IMG/VR virus record: IMGVR_UViG_3300025675_000001 | DNA from: an uncultured virus (IMG/VR IMGVR_UViG_3300025675_000001) | Taxonomy: Duplodnaviria; Heunggongvirae; Uroviricota; Caudoviricetes; Schitoviridae | Strand: one strand, 5' to 3' | DNA: 64,000 bases | Part shown: in pieces, positions 1 through 10,433 of the stretch | Numbering within the stretch: the stretch's first letter is position 1 | Layout: the number at the start of each line of letters is the position of its first letter | The notes under the pieces: generated by a model | The model's database searches: none | Seen by the model: the letters and a program-made list of their open reading frames with translations, nothing else | What the model was told of the DNA's origin: nothing | Made by a program: the position numbers and the translations under genes

Positions 1-2067
1 ATCCCCCGGGAAGGCAAGACCATCCTGTTCCGGGGCGGGGATACCTTCGAGGGCACGCTTCATCTGGCACCCAATCAGGCAGCGTCTTCCTATGGTTCCG
101 GAAAGGCCCGGATCTTCTCCGGCATGGGGGAGGGGGCTCTGGCCGTGAACTGTCCCAACGCCTCGATCACCAATCTGGAATTCGAAGGCGCCGGCATCAC
201 CCTCAATCCGACGGCGGGGATCCGGGCGTCCAACGTGCAGGATAACAGCGTCTTCCTGCCGGGACTGGTGATCGCGGACAACATCGTTCACGAATATGGG
301 GACGACGGCATCCGGGTCTCTGCCCGCAATGCGCCTTCGGGATTTATCAACCCGCAGATCCATCGCAACGTAGTGCATGACTGCGTCGGTAATACCCGCA
401 ACGGGCACACGGGCGGGATCATCGTCTATACCGTCGAGAGCGAGCAATACGACGAGGCCAATGGCCGTGAGCTCTGGGGCATCCGCAACAAGCCAGCCTC
501 TTTCCAGGATGTCGAGGTGATCGACAACCACGTCTATAATTGCCTCGGCACACCTGGCACCCCGAACCACTCCGGCAACGGCATCATCATCGCCCAGACG
601 CTGCGCGGAACCATGGAAGGAAACCTGGTCGAGAATTGCGGCCACAACAACACCAGCCAGGCGGGTCCGGTGGGTGCCTGGTGCTGGGATTCGATCAGCA
701 TCGTGATGCGCCGGAACGTCACCATCAATCAGGGTTCGAATGGTCCCGATGGCGGGGGCTTCGATCTGGATGGCGGCTGTGTCGATTGCGTGCTCGAGTA
801 CAATCTGTGCATCGACTGCGCCGGTCCGGGGATCCTGCTCTACGCCTTCAACGACAAACCCTTCTGGCCACAGGCCCGGCTGCGTGATTTCGAGCGGAAT
901 GTGGCACGCTACAACATCTCGCTCCGTTGCGGGGCAGGGGGCTTTTCGAAATACGGCATCTTCCTCGGCACCGGTCGTCCAGTGGGTTCCGACTGGAAGG
1001 ACTGCCTCGTCTACAACAACACCATCGTGACGGATAACGTCCGGGGCACCATGGCCGACAATTTCGTGGTCTATTCCTATGACGGGGTCACCGCCGATCA
1101 TCTGACCGGGATCGTCACCAACAACATCTTCCTGCAGAAGGGCTCCGGCCTGATGGGAGACGTGCGCAAGAACCGCCTGGTGATCGAGGGCAATGTCTTC
1201 CACACAACGGAAGGACGCCCGATGCGCTATTACGGCTTCGACTGGCAGGACTTCTTCAACTGGGTCGATTCCTCCTCGACCGATGGCCAGCCCAAGGAAT
1301 TCATGCGCAATGCCGTCTCGGCCTATCAGGGGGATCCCCGGTTCCTGAATGACAGCTCCGATGATCCGGCCGATTACCAGCCGGTGGCAGGATCTCCGAT
1401 GTGGGGCATGGGTCTCGACATCACCCAGGAATACGGCATCGAGCGTCCTAGCGAAGACTTCGTCGGCAACTCGGTCAATCTTCCGGGCCGGGTCTTCTGG
1501 ACACCCGGTGCCATCGAATGTCCGGCAGCGCCGGTCAACAATCTGTCCAGTCCCGATGATCTCACGGCAGCCAGCTGGATCCCGGAGAATGGTCTCGTCG
1601 TCACCCCGAACCAGGAAGGCATCTCGGGTGCCCTGACAGCGCATCGGCTGCAGATTGCCAATCGTGAACCCTGGGGTGATCTGTTGCAGCTGCGGTCTTA
1701 TCCTTCTGGTTCCAAACGGGTGCGCCGTGGCGCTTTCGTCAAGGATGATGGTGTGGGTGTGGTGCGGATGGGCACCTGGCAGCCGCCGCTTTACGCCGGC
1801 CTCGTGGGGGCCGTGTTCTTCGATCTGCGGCGTGGCGAGTTCGTCGATATCTCCGCGGATCCGGCGATCTACCCGTTGATCAAGCATCAGCGCATGCTGA
1901 AGCGCGCCAATGGCTGGTGGCTGATCATGTACGAGTTCGACATCCCCGCCGACTGGACCTCGGATTATTTCTCGATCGCACCGGCTGACGTGCAGCTGAA
2001 CTGGAACCTTGTCGGTAATGGTATCGATGGGCTTCTGGTTGATGGTGTTTTTGAATATATGGTTTGA
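1..2067 (+). CDS. Tailspike/tail fibre with right-handed parallel beta-helix (putative depolymerase), 5' truncated
   Basis: Frame is open from base 1 (IPREGKTILFRGGDTFEG...). Contains repeated beta-helix motifs (GIIV, DNHVYN, DGGGFDLDGG, YNNTI) and a beta-rich C-terminal domain. Lies just before the lysis cassette. Confidence 0.7.
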   Translation: MPREGKTILFRGGDTFEGTLHLAPNQAASSYGSGKARIFSGMGEGALAVNCPNASITNLEFEGAGITLNPTAGIRASNVQDNSVFLPGLVIADNIVHEYGDDGIRVSARNAPSGFINPQIHRNVVHDCVGNTRNGHTGGIIVYTVESEQYDEANGRELWGIRNKPASFQDVEVIDNHVYNCLGTPGTPNHSGNGIIIAQTLRGTMEGNLVENCGHNNTSQAGPVGAWCWDSISIVMRRNVTINQGSNGPDGGGFDLDGGCVDCVLEYNLCIDCAGPGILLYAFNDKPFWPQARLRDFERNVARYNISLRCGAGGFSKYGIFLGTGRPVGSDWKDCLVYNNTIVTDNVRGTMADNFVVYSYDGVTADHLTGIVTNNIFLQKGSGLMGDVRKNRLVIEGNVFHTTEGRPMRYYGFDWQDFFNWVDSSSTDGQPKEFMRNAVSAYQGDPRFLNDSSDDPADYQPVAGSPMWGMGLDITQEYGIERPSEDFVGNSVNLPGRVFWTPGAIECPAAPVNNLSSPDDLTAASWIPENGLVVTPNQEGISGALTAHRLQIANREPWGDLLQLRSYPSGSKRVRRGAFVKDDGVGVVRMGTWQPPLYAGLVGAVFFDLRRGEFVDISADPAIYPLIKHQRMLKRANGWWLIMYEFDIPADWTSDYFSIAPADVQLNWNLVGNGIDGLLVDGVFEYMV

Positions 2068-2154
2068 AAATCCGAGATTATATTATTGGACATAATCAGG
2101 ATATTTTGCGATAACAGTTCCCGAAAATGAAATGACCATTTTCGGAGAAATCCC

Positions 2155-3090
2155 ATGAGCGTTTTGAAATTTGGTGAGCTCTGGCATGTCGATGTCCAGA
2201 CCGCCCTTGAAACCGCCTTTCACGAGGCCCTGGTCCGACAGGCCTATTACGACAGCGAGGACGTGCTCACCTGGAATGTGGGTATGACCGATGCCACCGG
2301 TCACCGGGTGTCGCGCTACATCAACAATCCCCAGACCCTGCAGCATTGCATGAACCTCTATGCCTGGGCGCTGGAGCGTTATGCCGATCGGGTCCGTCGG
2401 GCCTTCAAGGGCGTGAAGATCTCCAAGGCACAGTTTGCAGCCGCGCTCTCCTTCGACTGGAATACCGGCGCCATCCTCAAGGCCAAGTGGGTGGCGTATT
2501 TCTGCGCCGGCGATGTAGTCAAGGCTCGCAAGGCCTTCATGAACTATTCCAAGCCCAAATCGATCATCAAGCGCCGGAAGGCCGAGAAGGCCTTGTTCTT
2601 CGATGGCAAGTGGTCGAACAACGGCACCATCACCGAATACACCAAGGTCAGCTCAGCCCTGCAGCCGGTCTGGAGCAGTGCGGTCAAGATCGACATCCGC
2701 AAGGAACTGACCCAGGCGTTGATGCTGGGCGGGGCCACGACACCCAAGCTGGATCAGGATCCCAATCCCGACAATGTGCCGAAGGCGCCGACGCTCACAC
2801 CGGCCCACAGCCTCGATGAGGCCATTGCCCGCATGGATCTCAAGACCCCCGGTCATCTCGATCTGCACGGTGTGAAACCGGCCCCTGTTACCCCGTCTCG
2901 TCCTGAAGATCTCCAGACCGCTCTCAAGAAATCCGTCAAGAAATCCATCAAGGAATCCGTCGAGGAGCGGGTGCCGGCTTCAGCCTTGTGGGCAGCCGTG
3001 ATGATCTCCGTCGGCACGGTGCTCTTCGGGATCTGGGAATGGCTGATGGCCTTGCCCTGTAACCTTTTCAACATCGCCTGCGGAGGCTGA
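2155..3090 (+). CDS. Endolysin, T4-lysozyme/GH24-like muramidase with C-terminal hydrophobic helix
   Basis: E-x8-D-x5-T triad (HEALVRQAYYDSEDVLT), plus AALSFDWNTG and RRKAEKALF motifs; C-terminal ALWAAVMISVGTVLFGIWEWL. Confidence 0.85.
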   Translation: MSVLKFGELWHVDVQTALETAFHEALVRQAYYDSEDVLTWNVGMTDATGHRVSRYINNPQTLQHCMNLYAWALERYADRVRRAFKGVKISKAQFAAALSFDWNTGAILKAKWVAYFCAGDVVKARKAFMNYSKPKSIIKRRKAEKALFFDGKWSNNGTITEYTKVSSALQPVWSSAVKIDIRKELTQALMLGGATTPKLDQDPNPDNVPKAPTLTPAHSLDEAIARMDLKTPGHLDLHGVKPAPVTPSRPEDLQTALKKSVKKSIKESVEERVPASALWAAVMISVGTVLFGIWEWLMALPCNLFNIACGG

Positions 3091-3093
3091 TCC

Positions 3094-3309
3094 ATGTGGA
3101 ACGCCATCAAGAAATTCTTCAAGTACAGCGAGACCATCTTCCTGGCTCGCCTGCAAGTCCTGATCGGGACGGTCCTTGAGATCCTCGTGGTCATGGACCC
3201 GGCCCTGTTTGCCCCGCTTCTGGGGGAATATTTCCCCCTCTTCATGATTCTCCACGGCTTCACACTGGAATATCTGCGGCGTCGTCGTGCCGATGATCTC
3301 GGTCCCTGA
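3094..3309 (+). CDS. Small membrane protein, putative holin
   Basis: 71 aa with two hydrophobic segments and a basic C-terminus (LRRRR); directly follows the endolysin. Confidence 0.55.
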   Translation: MWNAIKKFFKYSETIFLARLQVLIGTVLEILVVMDPALFAPLLGEYFPLFMILHGFTLEYLRRRRADDLGP

Positions 3310-3406
3310 TGCCTGATCTGATCTCCCCGATCTGATCCGTGGTGCTCTCCAATCCCAGCAATCACGGTCTCGCATTTCACCCGTTTCGTTTTCGTGATGT
3401 GAGGAT

Positions 3407-3742
3407 GTGCCCGTGTCTGAGGAATTTGGAACCCAGCTGGTTCGGCTGGAAGAGCAACTCAAATCCGTCGTGGCTGGTCTGGAGCATGATCGCAAGGATC
3501 GTGAGCACCGTGATCGCCAGATCGAGATCATCCTGAAGAGCATGAACAGTCTCGACCGGCGTCTGGAGCTGGTCGAGCGTCAGCTCGCCGAGAATACCCC
3601 CTCGATCAAGGAGTTCCTGGTCATGAAGCACCAGATCGAGGGTGCCGGCCTGATGGGCAAATGGATCTGGGGTGCTGCCGGTGCCCTGCTCGGCACCATC
3701 ATTTCCGCCAAGGAGCTCTGGAAGGCCTGGTTTCCTTTCTGA
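3407..3742 (+). CDS. Coiled-coil protein with C-terminal TM helix (holin/antiholin-like)
   Basis: Heptad-rich N-terminus and C-terminal WIWGAAGALLGTII; inside the lysis cassette. Confidence 0.5.
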   Translation: MPVSEEFGTQLVRLEEQLKSVVAGLEHDRKDREHRDRQIEIILKSMNSLDRRLELVERQLAENTPSIKEFLVMKHQIEGAGLMGKWIWGAAGALLGTIISAKELWKAWFPF

Positions 3743-3765
3743 GCCATTATCAAGGATAATCCGAT

Positions 3766-4053
3766 ATGATTATGTGGATAATGAACCAGTGGAGCCTAAT
3801 CATCTGGATGATCATCCTTCTGACGGCCGTGATCATGGCCTGGCGTCTGTGGGGTGTGACGATTGCAGGTCCGCTGGCTGCGGGTCTCAGCATCCTGTTC
3901 AGTTTTTTCGCTGGAAAGAAAATCCAGCGTGACGAATATAGAAAACAGGTGCAGGATATTGAAGAAAAGCGGGATGAGGAATATGAGAAAATCGACCGTC
4001 GCAATACCAAGCCTTCTGATGCTGCTGACCGGTTGCGCAACGGTCGCTACTGA
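3766..4053 (+). CDS. Putative i-spanin (Rz-like)
   Basis: Hydrophobic N-terminus followed by a charged helical tail; overlaps a lipoprotein ORF. Confidence 0.6.
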   Translation: MIMWIMNQWSLIIWMIILLTAVIMAWRLWGVTIAGPLAAGLSILFSFFAGKKIQRDEYRKQVQDIEEKRDEEYEKIDRRNTKPSDAADRLRNGRY

Positions 4054-4204
4054 CTGCCCGGCGCCGACCCCGATCTCGCAAGAGATCCAGCATCAGGCAG
4101 CACGAGAACTGGATGCGCTTCCTCCTGGTTCCGCCCTGGGCACGGTGATCGCCGCTGCGCTCGACGACAGAGACAAGATGCGGGCCTGCCGGCAGTTCCG
4201 CTGA
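3983..4204 (+). CDS. Putative o-spanin (Rz1-like lipoprotein)
   Basis: GAGGA precedes the ATG at 3983; signal peptide with lipobox LLTGC; Pro-rich; overlaps the 3' end of the i-spanin in another frame. Confidence 0.7.
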   Translation: MRKSTVAIPSLLMLLTGCATVATDCPAPTPISQEIQHQAARELDALPPGSALGTVIAAALDDRDKMRACRQFR

Positions 4205-4223
4205 TCATTCCTTCTGGTGATGG

Positions 4224-6503
4224 ATGTCGAAGATGACCGAGATGACTGAACATGGCCGCACGGACGAGCTTCCGATCAATCCCGGTACGGCACCCAAACT
4301 GACCGAATGGGCGAATGAACCGACCGCTCTGGTTCTGATGGAAGATCTGGAGCTTGCCCGTCCGGCGCATGATCTGTTCGTCACGAAGATCCAGCGCTGG
4401 GTCGATCTGATGGAAGTGAAGAACGCCGCCCGGCCCAAGAAGGTCAAGGGGCGTTCCAATGTCCAGCCGAAGCTGATCCGGCGCCAGGCCGAATGGCGTT
4501 ATGCGCCATTGAGCGAACCGTTCAACTCGTCGAACAAGCTGTTCGATGTCCGGCCTGTCACCTTCGAGGATGTGGCCTCAGCCCGCCAGAACGAGACCCT
4601 GCTGAATTACCAGTTCCGATCGAAGATCAAGCGGGTCAGCTTCATCGATTCCTACGTGCGCACCTGTGTGGACGAAGGTACCTCCGTGGTGCGGGTCGGC
4701 TGGAGCCGGATCACCAAGGAAGTCGAGGAAGAAGTCCCGGTCTGGGAATATGTCGCTCCTGGTTCCGAGGAGGAGATGAAGCTGTTCGAGACAGCCCTCA
4801 AGGCCAAGGCCGAGAATCCCCGGGGTTTCATGGAGCAGGCCCCTCCCGAGATGCAGGCGGCGATCGAATTCTATGAGGAGAGCGGGCAGCCCAACATCGC
4901 CTACCAGATCGGCACGGAAATGATCACCGTTGACAAGGTGCTCGACAACCGGCCGGTGCTCGATGTCGTGAACCCGCACAATCTGTATTTCGATCCGTCC
5001 TGTGGTGATGATCTCGAGAAGGCCGGCTTTGTGATCGTCTCGTTCGAGACCTCCCAGGCCGAGCTGAAGAAGGAACCCAAGCGTTACAAGAACCTTCAGC
5101 ACGTCAACTGGGAAGGCGCCACAACGGTGATGGATCCATATCACCAGCCCAACTCCCGCGACACGAATTTCAATTACAAGGATGCGCTGCGCAAGCGCGT
5201 CGTCGCCTATGAATATTGGGGCCTCTACGACATTCACGGGACGGGCGAAATGGTCCCGATCGTGGCCACCTGGGTCGAGGGTGTGCTGGTCCGCATGGAA
5301 GAAAATCCCTTCCCCGACGGCAAGCCGCCTTTCGTCGTGGTTCCCTACATGCCGTTGAAGCGTCAGGTCATGGGCGAATCCGATGCCGAGCTGCTCGAGG
5401 ACAACCAGATGATCCTCGGTGCTGTCTCCCGGGGCATGATCGATCTTCTGGGTCGTTCGGCCAATGCCCAGCAGGGTTTCGCCAAGGGCATGCTCGACGT
5501 GGTCAACAAGCGTCGTTTCGAGGCCGGCCAGGATTACGAGTTCAATCCGAACATGCCGCCTCAGCAGGGGATCGTCGAGCACAAGTATCCCGAGATCCCC
5601 CGCTCCGCCATGGAAATGATCACCCTGCAGAACCAGGAAGCCGAAGCCCTCACAGGTGTGAAGGCGTTCCACGGTGGCATGACCGGCAATGCCTATGGCG
5701 ATGTCGCCACCGGAATCCGGGGCATGCTCGATGCGGCGTCCAAACGGGAAATGGCGATCCTGCGGCGTCTGGCTGCCGGTCTGGTTCTGGTCGGCAAGAA
5801 GATCATCGCGATGAATGCCGTCTTCCTCTCCGAGAAGGAGGTGGTCCGGGTCACCAACGAGGAATTCATCGAGATCCACCGGGACGATCTGCAGAGCGTT
5901 GCCGGCGAATTCGATCTCGAAGTCGATATCGCCACCGCCGAGGTGGACGAGAAGAAGTCGCAGGATCTGGGCTTCATGCTGCAGACGATGGGCAACACCA
6001 TGGATTTCGGGATCACCAAGCTGATCCTGCGAGACATTGCCCGGCTCAAGCGGATGCCTGAACTGGCCAAGTCGATCGAGGCCTATGAGCCTCAGCCGGA
6101 TCCACTCGCCGAGAAGATGAAAGAGCTCGAGCTCCAAAAGGTGATGATGGAGATCGAGAAGCTCAAGTCCGAGATCGAGCTGAACAAGGCCAAGGCCATG
6201 AAGGAAGGGGTCAACGCCGAGAAGGGTCTGCTCGACGCCGTCGAACAGGAGACCGGGACCAAGCACCTGCGCGAGATCGAGAAGCAGACGGCCCAGTCCA
6301 CGGGGAACCAGAACCTAGAGATCACCAAGGCCCTGCTCAAGAACCGCAAGCCGGATGAGACCCCGCCGAATATCGCTGCGGCCGTGGGTTACAACGCCCT
6401 CTCGAAACAGAACGCCAATCCGACAGAGCGTGATGTGCTGGATCCCCCGGAGAGCGTTTCGACCAACCCGGAAGCGCCGGCAGACGTTCCTTATCGACCA
6501 TAA
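4224..6503 (+). CDS. Portal protein (N4 gp59-like)
   Basis: 759 aa with KLTEWANEPT, QPKLIRRQAEWRY and GMIDLLGRSAN motifs typical of N4-like portals; synteny agrees. Confidence 0.92.
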   Translation: MSKMTEMTEHGRTDELPINPGTAPKLTEWANEPTALVLMEDLELARPAHDLFVTKIQRWVDLMEVKNAARPKKVKGRSNVQPKLIRRQAEWRYAPLSEPFNSSNKLFDVRPVTFEDVASARQNETLLNYQFRSKIKRVSFIDSYVRTCVDEGTSVVRVGWSRITKEVEEEVPVWEYVAPGSEEEMKLFETALKAKAENPRGFMEQAPPEMQAAIEFYEESGQPNIAYQIGTEMITVDKVLDNRPVLDVVNPHNLYFDPSCGDDLEKAGFVIVSFETSQAELKKEPKRYKNLQHVNWEGATTVMDPYHQPNSRDTNFNYKDALRKRVVAYEYWGLYDIHGTGEMVPIVATWVEGVLVRMEENPFPDGKPPFVVVPYMPLKRQVMGESDAELLEDNQMILGAVSRGMIDLLGRSANAQQGFAKGMLDVVNKRRFEAGQDYEFNPNMPPQQGIVEHKYPEIPRSAMEMITLQNQEAEALTGVKAFHGGMTGNAYGDVATGIRGMLDAASKREMAILRRLAAGLVLVGKKIIAMNAVFLSEKEVVRVTNEEFIEIHRDDLQSVAGEFDLEVDIATAEVDEKKSQDLGFMLQTMGNTMDFGITKLILRDIARLKRMPELAKSIEAYEPQPDPLAEKMKELELQKVMMEIEKLKSEIELNKAKAMKEGVNAEKGLLDAVEQETGTKHLREIEKQTAQSTGNQNLEITKALLKNRKPDETPPNIAAAVGYNALSKQNANPTERDVLDPPESVSTNPEAPADVPYRP

Positions 6504-6547
6504 TCACCTCTTATTTTCTAAAAACCATTTTCTTTGAAAATACTTTC

Positions 6548-6576
6548 TTGACCGGTGCCGGATTATCAAAGATAAA
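6548..6576 (+). promoter_or_regulatory. Putative sigma70-type late promoter
   Basis: TTGACC-N17-GATAAA in an AT-rich gap before the head operon. N4 late genes are known to use host sigma70. Confidence 0.4.
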
Positions 6577-6610
6577 CCTATGCACCACCATTACAAAATG
6601 AGGAACGATT

Positions 6611-6946
6611 ATGTCGGATATTCTGTCCCTCGAGCAGGGCATCAAAGACGCCGAAGAACTCGTTGTCCGTCGTGACATGGCTATGAAGCTCGCTCTGAAC
6701 CACGAGTTTCGGAAGCTCTTCATGGAGGACTATTTTGAGAAGGAAGCTGCCCGTCTGGTTCAGCTTTCAGCCGATCCCTCTCTCAGCGCCGACCAACGGG
6801 CCGATGCATTGGCCATGGCCCAGGCCACAGGTCACACCAAGCGCTACCTTTCCATGATGATCCGGATGGGCTCCCACGCCGAGGATGAACTTCCCGAGAT
6901 GCGCTCGACGCTCGAAGAGATGCGTGCCGCCGAGATGGAGGATTGA
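6611..6946 (+). CDS. Conserved N4-like hypothetical protein (gp58 position)
   Basis: 111 aa with AGGA RBS; between portal and scaffold. Confidence 0.65.
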   Translation: MSDILSLEQGIKDAEELVVRRDMAMKLALNHEFRKLFMEDYFEKEAARLVQLSADPSLSADQRADALAMAQATGHTKRYLSMMIRMGSHAEDELPEMRSTLEEMRAAEMED

Positions 6947-6948
6947 GC

Positions 6949-8253
6949 ATGGGAGACGCTGTGAACCAGAACGGAAGCACCCCCAAGGACACACCCAAGG
7001 AATTCCTCGGGATGTCCGACGATGACTTCCTCAACCTCAACTCCCCAGATGATGCGGCAGAATCAACCAACGAGGATGGGACCAAGCAGGCCGAGCCCGA
7101 TCCTGCAGCGGCGGCGGAGGGCGGAACGCCCGGAGCCAGCCAAGCGGAAGAGGCGGGTGAAGAGCCTGCGAAGGATCCCGACGAGGCGGGCGATGCCGCC
7201 GCATCATCGGAACCAGCGTCGTCAGAACAAAACCCCTCTTCCGAAACCACTGAAGATCCCGAGCCGGGCAAAGAGGGCGATGCCAAGGCTGATGCGAAAG
7301 CAGATGCCGAGGGCGACAAGAAGGATGCGGATTCCAAGAAGGAAGACAAGACCGAATCCGAATCCGAACCCAAGCCGGTCAATTACGAGGAGTTCTACAA
7401 GCAGATCATGACCCCGTTCAAAGCGAACGGGCGCATGATCGAGCTGAAGTCTCCGGATGAGGCTGTGCGCCTGATGCAGATGGGTGCCGGCTACGGCCGC
7501 AAGATCCAGGATCTGCAGCCTCATCTGAAGACGCTTCGGATGCTGGAGAAGAACGATCTGCTCGACGAGGGCAAGCTCTCGTTCCTGATCGATATTAACC
7601 AGAAAAATCCCGAGGCGATTAAGAAGTTAATCAAGGATGCGGGTATTGACCCCCTTGATCTTAATAATGAAGATAATGTAGGGTACAAACCCACAAACCA
7701 CGCTGTCAGTGACAAGGAGATGGCGTTCCAGGAAGCCTTGACGGACATCCAAAGTCACGCCAACGGCCAGGAAACGCTCCGTTTGATCAACCAGACGTGG
7801 GATCCAGACAGCAAGGCTGCTCTCTGGGATCAACCCGAAATCATGCGCGTCATCCAGTCTCAGCGCGACAATGGCATCTATGACCAGATTGTCACCGAGA
7901 TGGACCGCCAGAAACTTCTGGGCACGATCCCGCAATCGACGCCATTTCTACAAGCCTACAAGATGGCGGGAGACCACCTGCAAGCCAATAACGGCTTCAG
8001 ACTTCCGCCAGGCCAGGAAGGTCAGATCCAGAACCAGCAGACGCATCCAACAGAGCAATCTGGTGCCCATGCGCCTCAGACCCAGGTGATCGCTACCCGT
8101 CCGGCAGCTCCGAAGGCCCAAGTAACGAATGGTGAAAAGGCAGCTGCGGCAACGCCGACCAAGTCGAGCCCAAGCCGTGGCAAAGCTCCGCTCGTCAACC
8201 CGCTCGAGATGGCGGATGACGATTTCATCAAGCAATTCAACGGCCGCCTCTGA
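6949..8253 (+). CDS. N4 gp57-like protein (often annotated tape measure; probable scaffold)
   Basis: Acidic low-complexity N-terminus, PFKANG and LMQMGA motifs, M-x-DDDF at both ends; directly upstream of the capsid gene. Confidence 0.8.
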   Translation: MGDAVNQNGSTPKDTPKEFLGMSDDDFLNLNSPDDAAESTNEDGTKQAEPDPAAAAEGGTPGASQAEEAGEEPAKDPDEAGDAAASSEPASSEQNPSSETTEDPEPGKEGDAKADAKADAEGDKKDADSKKEDKTESESEPKPVNYEEFYKQIMTPFKANGRMIELKSPDEAVRLMQMGAGYGRKIQDLQPHLKTLRMLEKNDLLDEGKLSFLIDINQKNPEAIKKLIKDAGIDPLDLNNEDNVGYKPTNHAVSDKEMAFQEALTDIQSHANGQETLRLINQTWDPDSKAALWDQPEIMRVIQSQRDNGIYDQIVTEMDRQKLLGTIPQSTPFLQAYKMAGDHLQANNGFRLPPGQEGQIQNQQTHPTEQSGAHAPQTQVIATRPAAPKAQVTNGEKAAAATPTKSSPSRGKAPLVNPLEMADDDFIKQFNGRL

Positions 8254-8291
8254 GGTCTCGAAAGACCGGGGCGTGCTAAGGGGACTCTGAG

Positions 8292-9521
8292 ATGTTGAAC
8301 TACAACGCTCCCACGAGTGCTGCAGCGGGTACGCCTTCGGATATCGAAGGTGCTGGCTCCTCCCAGATGAACACCTTCTTCTGGCTGAAGAAGGCCATCA
8401 TCGAATCCCGTAAAGAGCAGTATTTCATGCCGCTTGCCTCGGTCACCAACATGCCGAAGCACTATGGCAAGACCATCAAGGTCTACGAGTACGTCCCGCT
8501 CCTCGATGATCGGAACGTCAACGACATGGGTATCGATGCCAGCGGCGCCGTGATCGTCGATGGTAACCTGTATGGGTCGTCCAAGGATGTCGGCAACATC
8601 ACGTCGAAGCTCCCGGTCCTCACGGAGAATGGTGGCCGCGTCAACCGCGTTGGCTTCACCCGTCTCCAGCGTGAAGGCTCGATCACGAAATTCGGTTTCT
8701 TCACCGAGTTCACCCAGGAATCGATCGATTTCGATTCCGACGACCAGCTGATGGACCATCTGAGCCGTGAGCTCATGAATGGCGCCGTTCAGATCACGGA
8801 AGCTGTGCTGCAGAAGGATCTTCTGGCCAACTGCGGTGTCGTCCTCTATGCCGGCGCCGCCACCAGCGATGCCGACGTGACGGGTGAAGAGGCTGCCGGT
8901 CCCCCGGTGGTTCCGGCCTCGATCGTGTCCTACGCCAACCTGATGCGCCTCGATCAGATCCTGACCGACAACCGCACGCCGAAGCAGACCAAGGTGATCA
9001 CAGGCTCCCGCCTGATCGACACCAAGACCATCCCGTCGGCGCGTGTCATGTTCGTCGGATCTGAGCTGGTTCCCCTGCTCAAGGGCATGAAGGATCAGTT
9101 CAACGAGCGGGCCTTCATCTCGATCCAGCATTACGGCGATGCCGGGACCATCCTGAACGGCGAGATCGGCACCATTGATGCCTTCCGCATCGTGCAGGTT
9201 CCCGAAATGCTGCACTGGGCCGCCGCTGGCGCCGATGTCGGCACCAACCCGGGCTACCGTTCGTCCATGGATGGCGTGACCGAGAAGTACGACATCTTCC
9301 CGATGATGGTGCTGGGTGACGATTCGTGGACCACGATCGGTTTCCAGACCGATGGCAAGTCCGTGAAGTTCTCGGTGATGACCAAGATGCCGGGCAAGGA
9401 AACCGCGGATCGCAACGATCCCTACGGCGAGACCGGGTTCTCCTCGATCAAGTGGTACTACGGCCTCCTGGTCAAGCGTCCCGAGCGTATGGCCGTCATC
9501 AAGACGGTGGCCCCGGTCTGA
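8292..9521 (+). CDS. Major capsid protein (N4 gp56-like)
   Basis: 409 aa with [39 protein letters not shown] and [16 protein letters not shown]. Confidence 0.95.
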   Translation: MLNYNAPTSAAAGTPSDIEGAGSSQMNTFFWLKKAIIESRKEQYFMPLASVTNMPKHYGKTIKVYEYVPLLDDRNVNDMGIDASGAVIVDGNLYGSSKDVGNITSKLPVLTENGGRVNRVGFTRLQREGSITKFGFFTEFTQESIDFDSDDQLMDHLSRELMNGAVQITEAVLQKDLLANCGVVLYAGAATSDADVTGEEAAGPPVVPASIVSYANLMRLDQILTDNRTPKQTKVITGSRLIDTKTIPSARVMFVGSELVPLLKGMKDQFNERAFISIQHYGDAGTILNGEIGTIDAFRIVQVPEMLHWAAAGADVGTNPGYRSSMDGVTEKYDIFPMMVLGDDSWTTIGFQTDGKSVKFSVMTKMPGKETADRNDPYGETGFSSIKWYYGLLVKRPERMAVIKTVAPV

Positions 9522-9552
9522 TCGGTGATCTGATCGTGTCCTGACAAGACAG

Positions 9553-9585
9553 AGGGGAGGAGAAGCACTTCTCCTCCCCTTTTTT
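9553..9585 (+). terminator. Intrinsic terminator after capsid gene
   Basis: AGGGGAGGAGAAG-CA-CTTCTCCTCCCCT followed by a T run. Confidence 0.9.
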
Positions 9586-9627
9586 CAAATCCAAACCCGT
9601 CGCAATCTATCCCATGAGGAAGACCCG

Positions 9628-10389
9628 ATGACACAAGAGACGAACCCGACGAAAACGGCCAGCTCTTCGGAGAACCTGTTTGATAACGTCTTGAGCCAGA
9701 ACCAGAACCAGAACCCCAATCCGGATCCCGGCCAGACTGAGGAGCCCAAGGATCAGGAGGAGATCAAGGCCGAGCATCTTGCCCGCCTGAAAGAACGGGC
9801 GACCCTGATGGGGATCAAGTTCTCCAACAATATCGGTCTCGATGCCCTCAAGGCGCGGATCGAGGCCAAGCTCAACGGCGAGGCAGAATCCTCTGAGAAC
9901 CAGAACGAAACCCAGAGCGAAGCGAACACGAACCCGGAAGCAACATCCTCGGGAAACGAAGATGCCCCGGCCCCGGCCTCTTCGCCGCCTACCGCGCCGA
10001 AGTCCGAAAAGCCCAAATCGCTGCGGCAGCTTTTGTACGAGCGCGAGATGAAACTGGTACGCTTGCGCATTACCAACCTGGATCCGAAGAAGAAGGATCT
10101 TCCCGGCGAGATTTTCACCTTCGCCAACGAAGTCCTGGGGAGCGTCCGGAAGTACATCCCCTACGGGGAGGCCACCGATAACGGCTACCATGTGCCCTAT
10201 TGCATCTACAAGCAGCTCAAGGCGCGTGAGTTCGTCAACGTCCGCACCCGCAAGGACAACCGGGGCCGGATCCATGTCGAGAGCGGCATGGCCCGGGAAT
10301 TCGCCCTCGAGATCCTGCCTGATCTGACACCCGAGGAACTGGCCCGTCTGGCGGCCCAGCAGGCTGCCGCCAAGGGCCTCAACGACTGA
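9628..10389 (+). CDS. N4 gp55-like protein
   Basis: LKERATLMGIKFSNNIG and KLVRLRITNLDPKKKDLPGEI motifs; synteny. Confidence 0.8.
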   Translation: MTQETNPTKTASSSENLFDNVLSQNQNQNPNPDPGQTEEPKDQEEIKAEHLARLKERATLMGIKFSNNIGLDALKARIEAKLNGEAESSENQNETQSEANTNPEATSSGNEDAPAPASSPPTAPKSEKPKSLRQLLYEREMKLVRLRITNLDPKKKDLPGEIFTFANEVLGSVRKYIPYGEATDNGYHVPYCIYKQLKAREFVNVRTRKDNRGRIHVESGMAREFALEILPDLTPEELARLAAQQAAAKGLND

Positions 10390-10433
10390 TCCGGATTTTC
10401 GGTTTTCGGAATTGACGCAGAAGGGATCTGATC

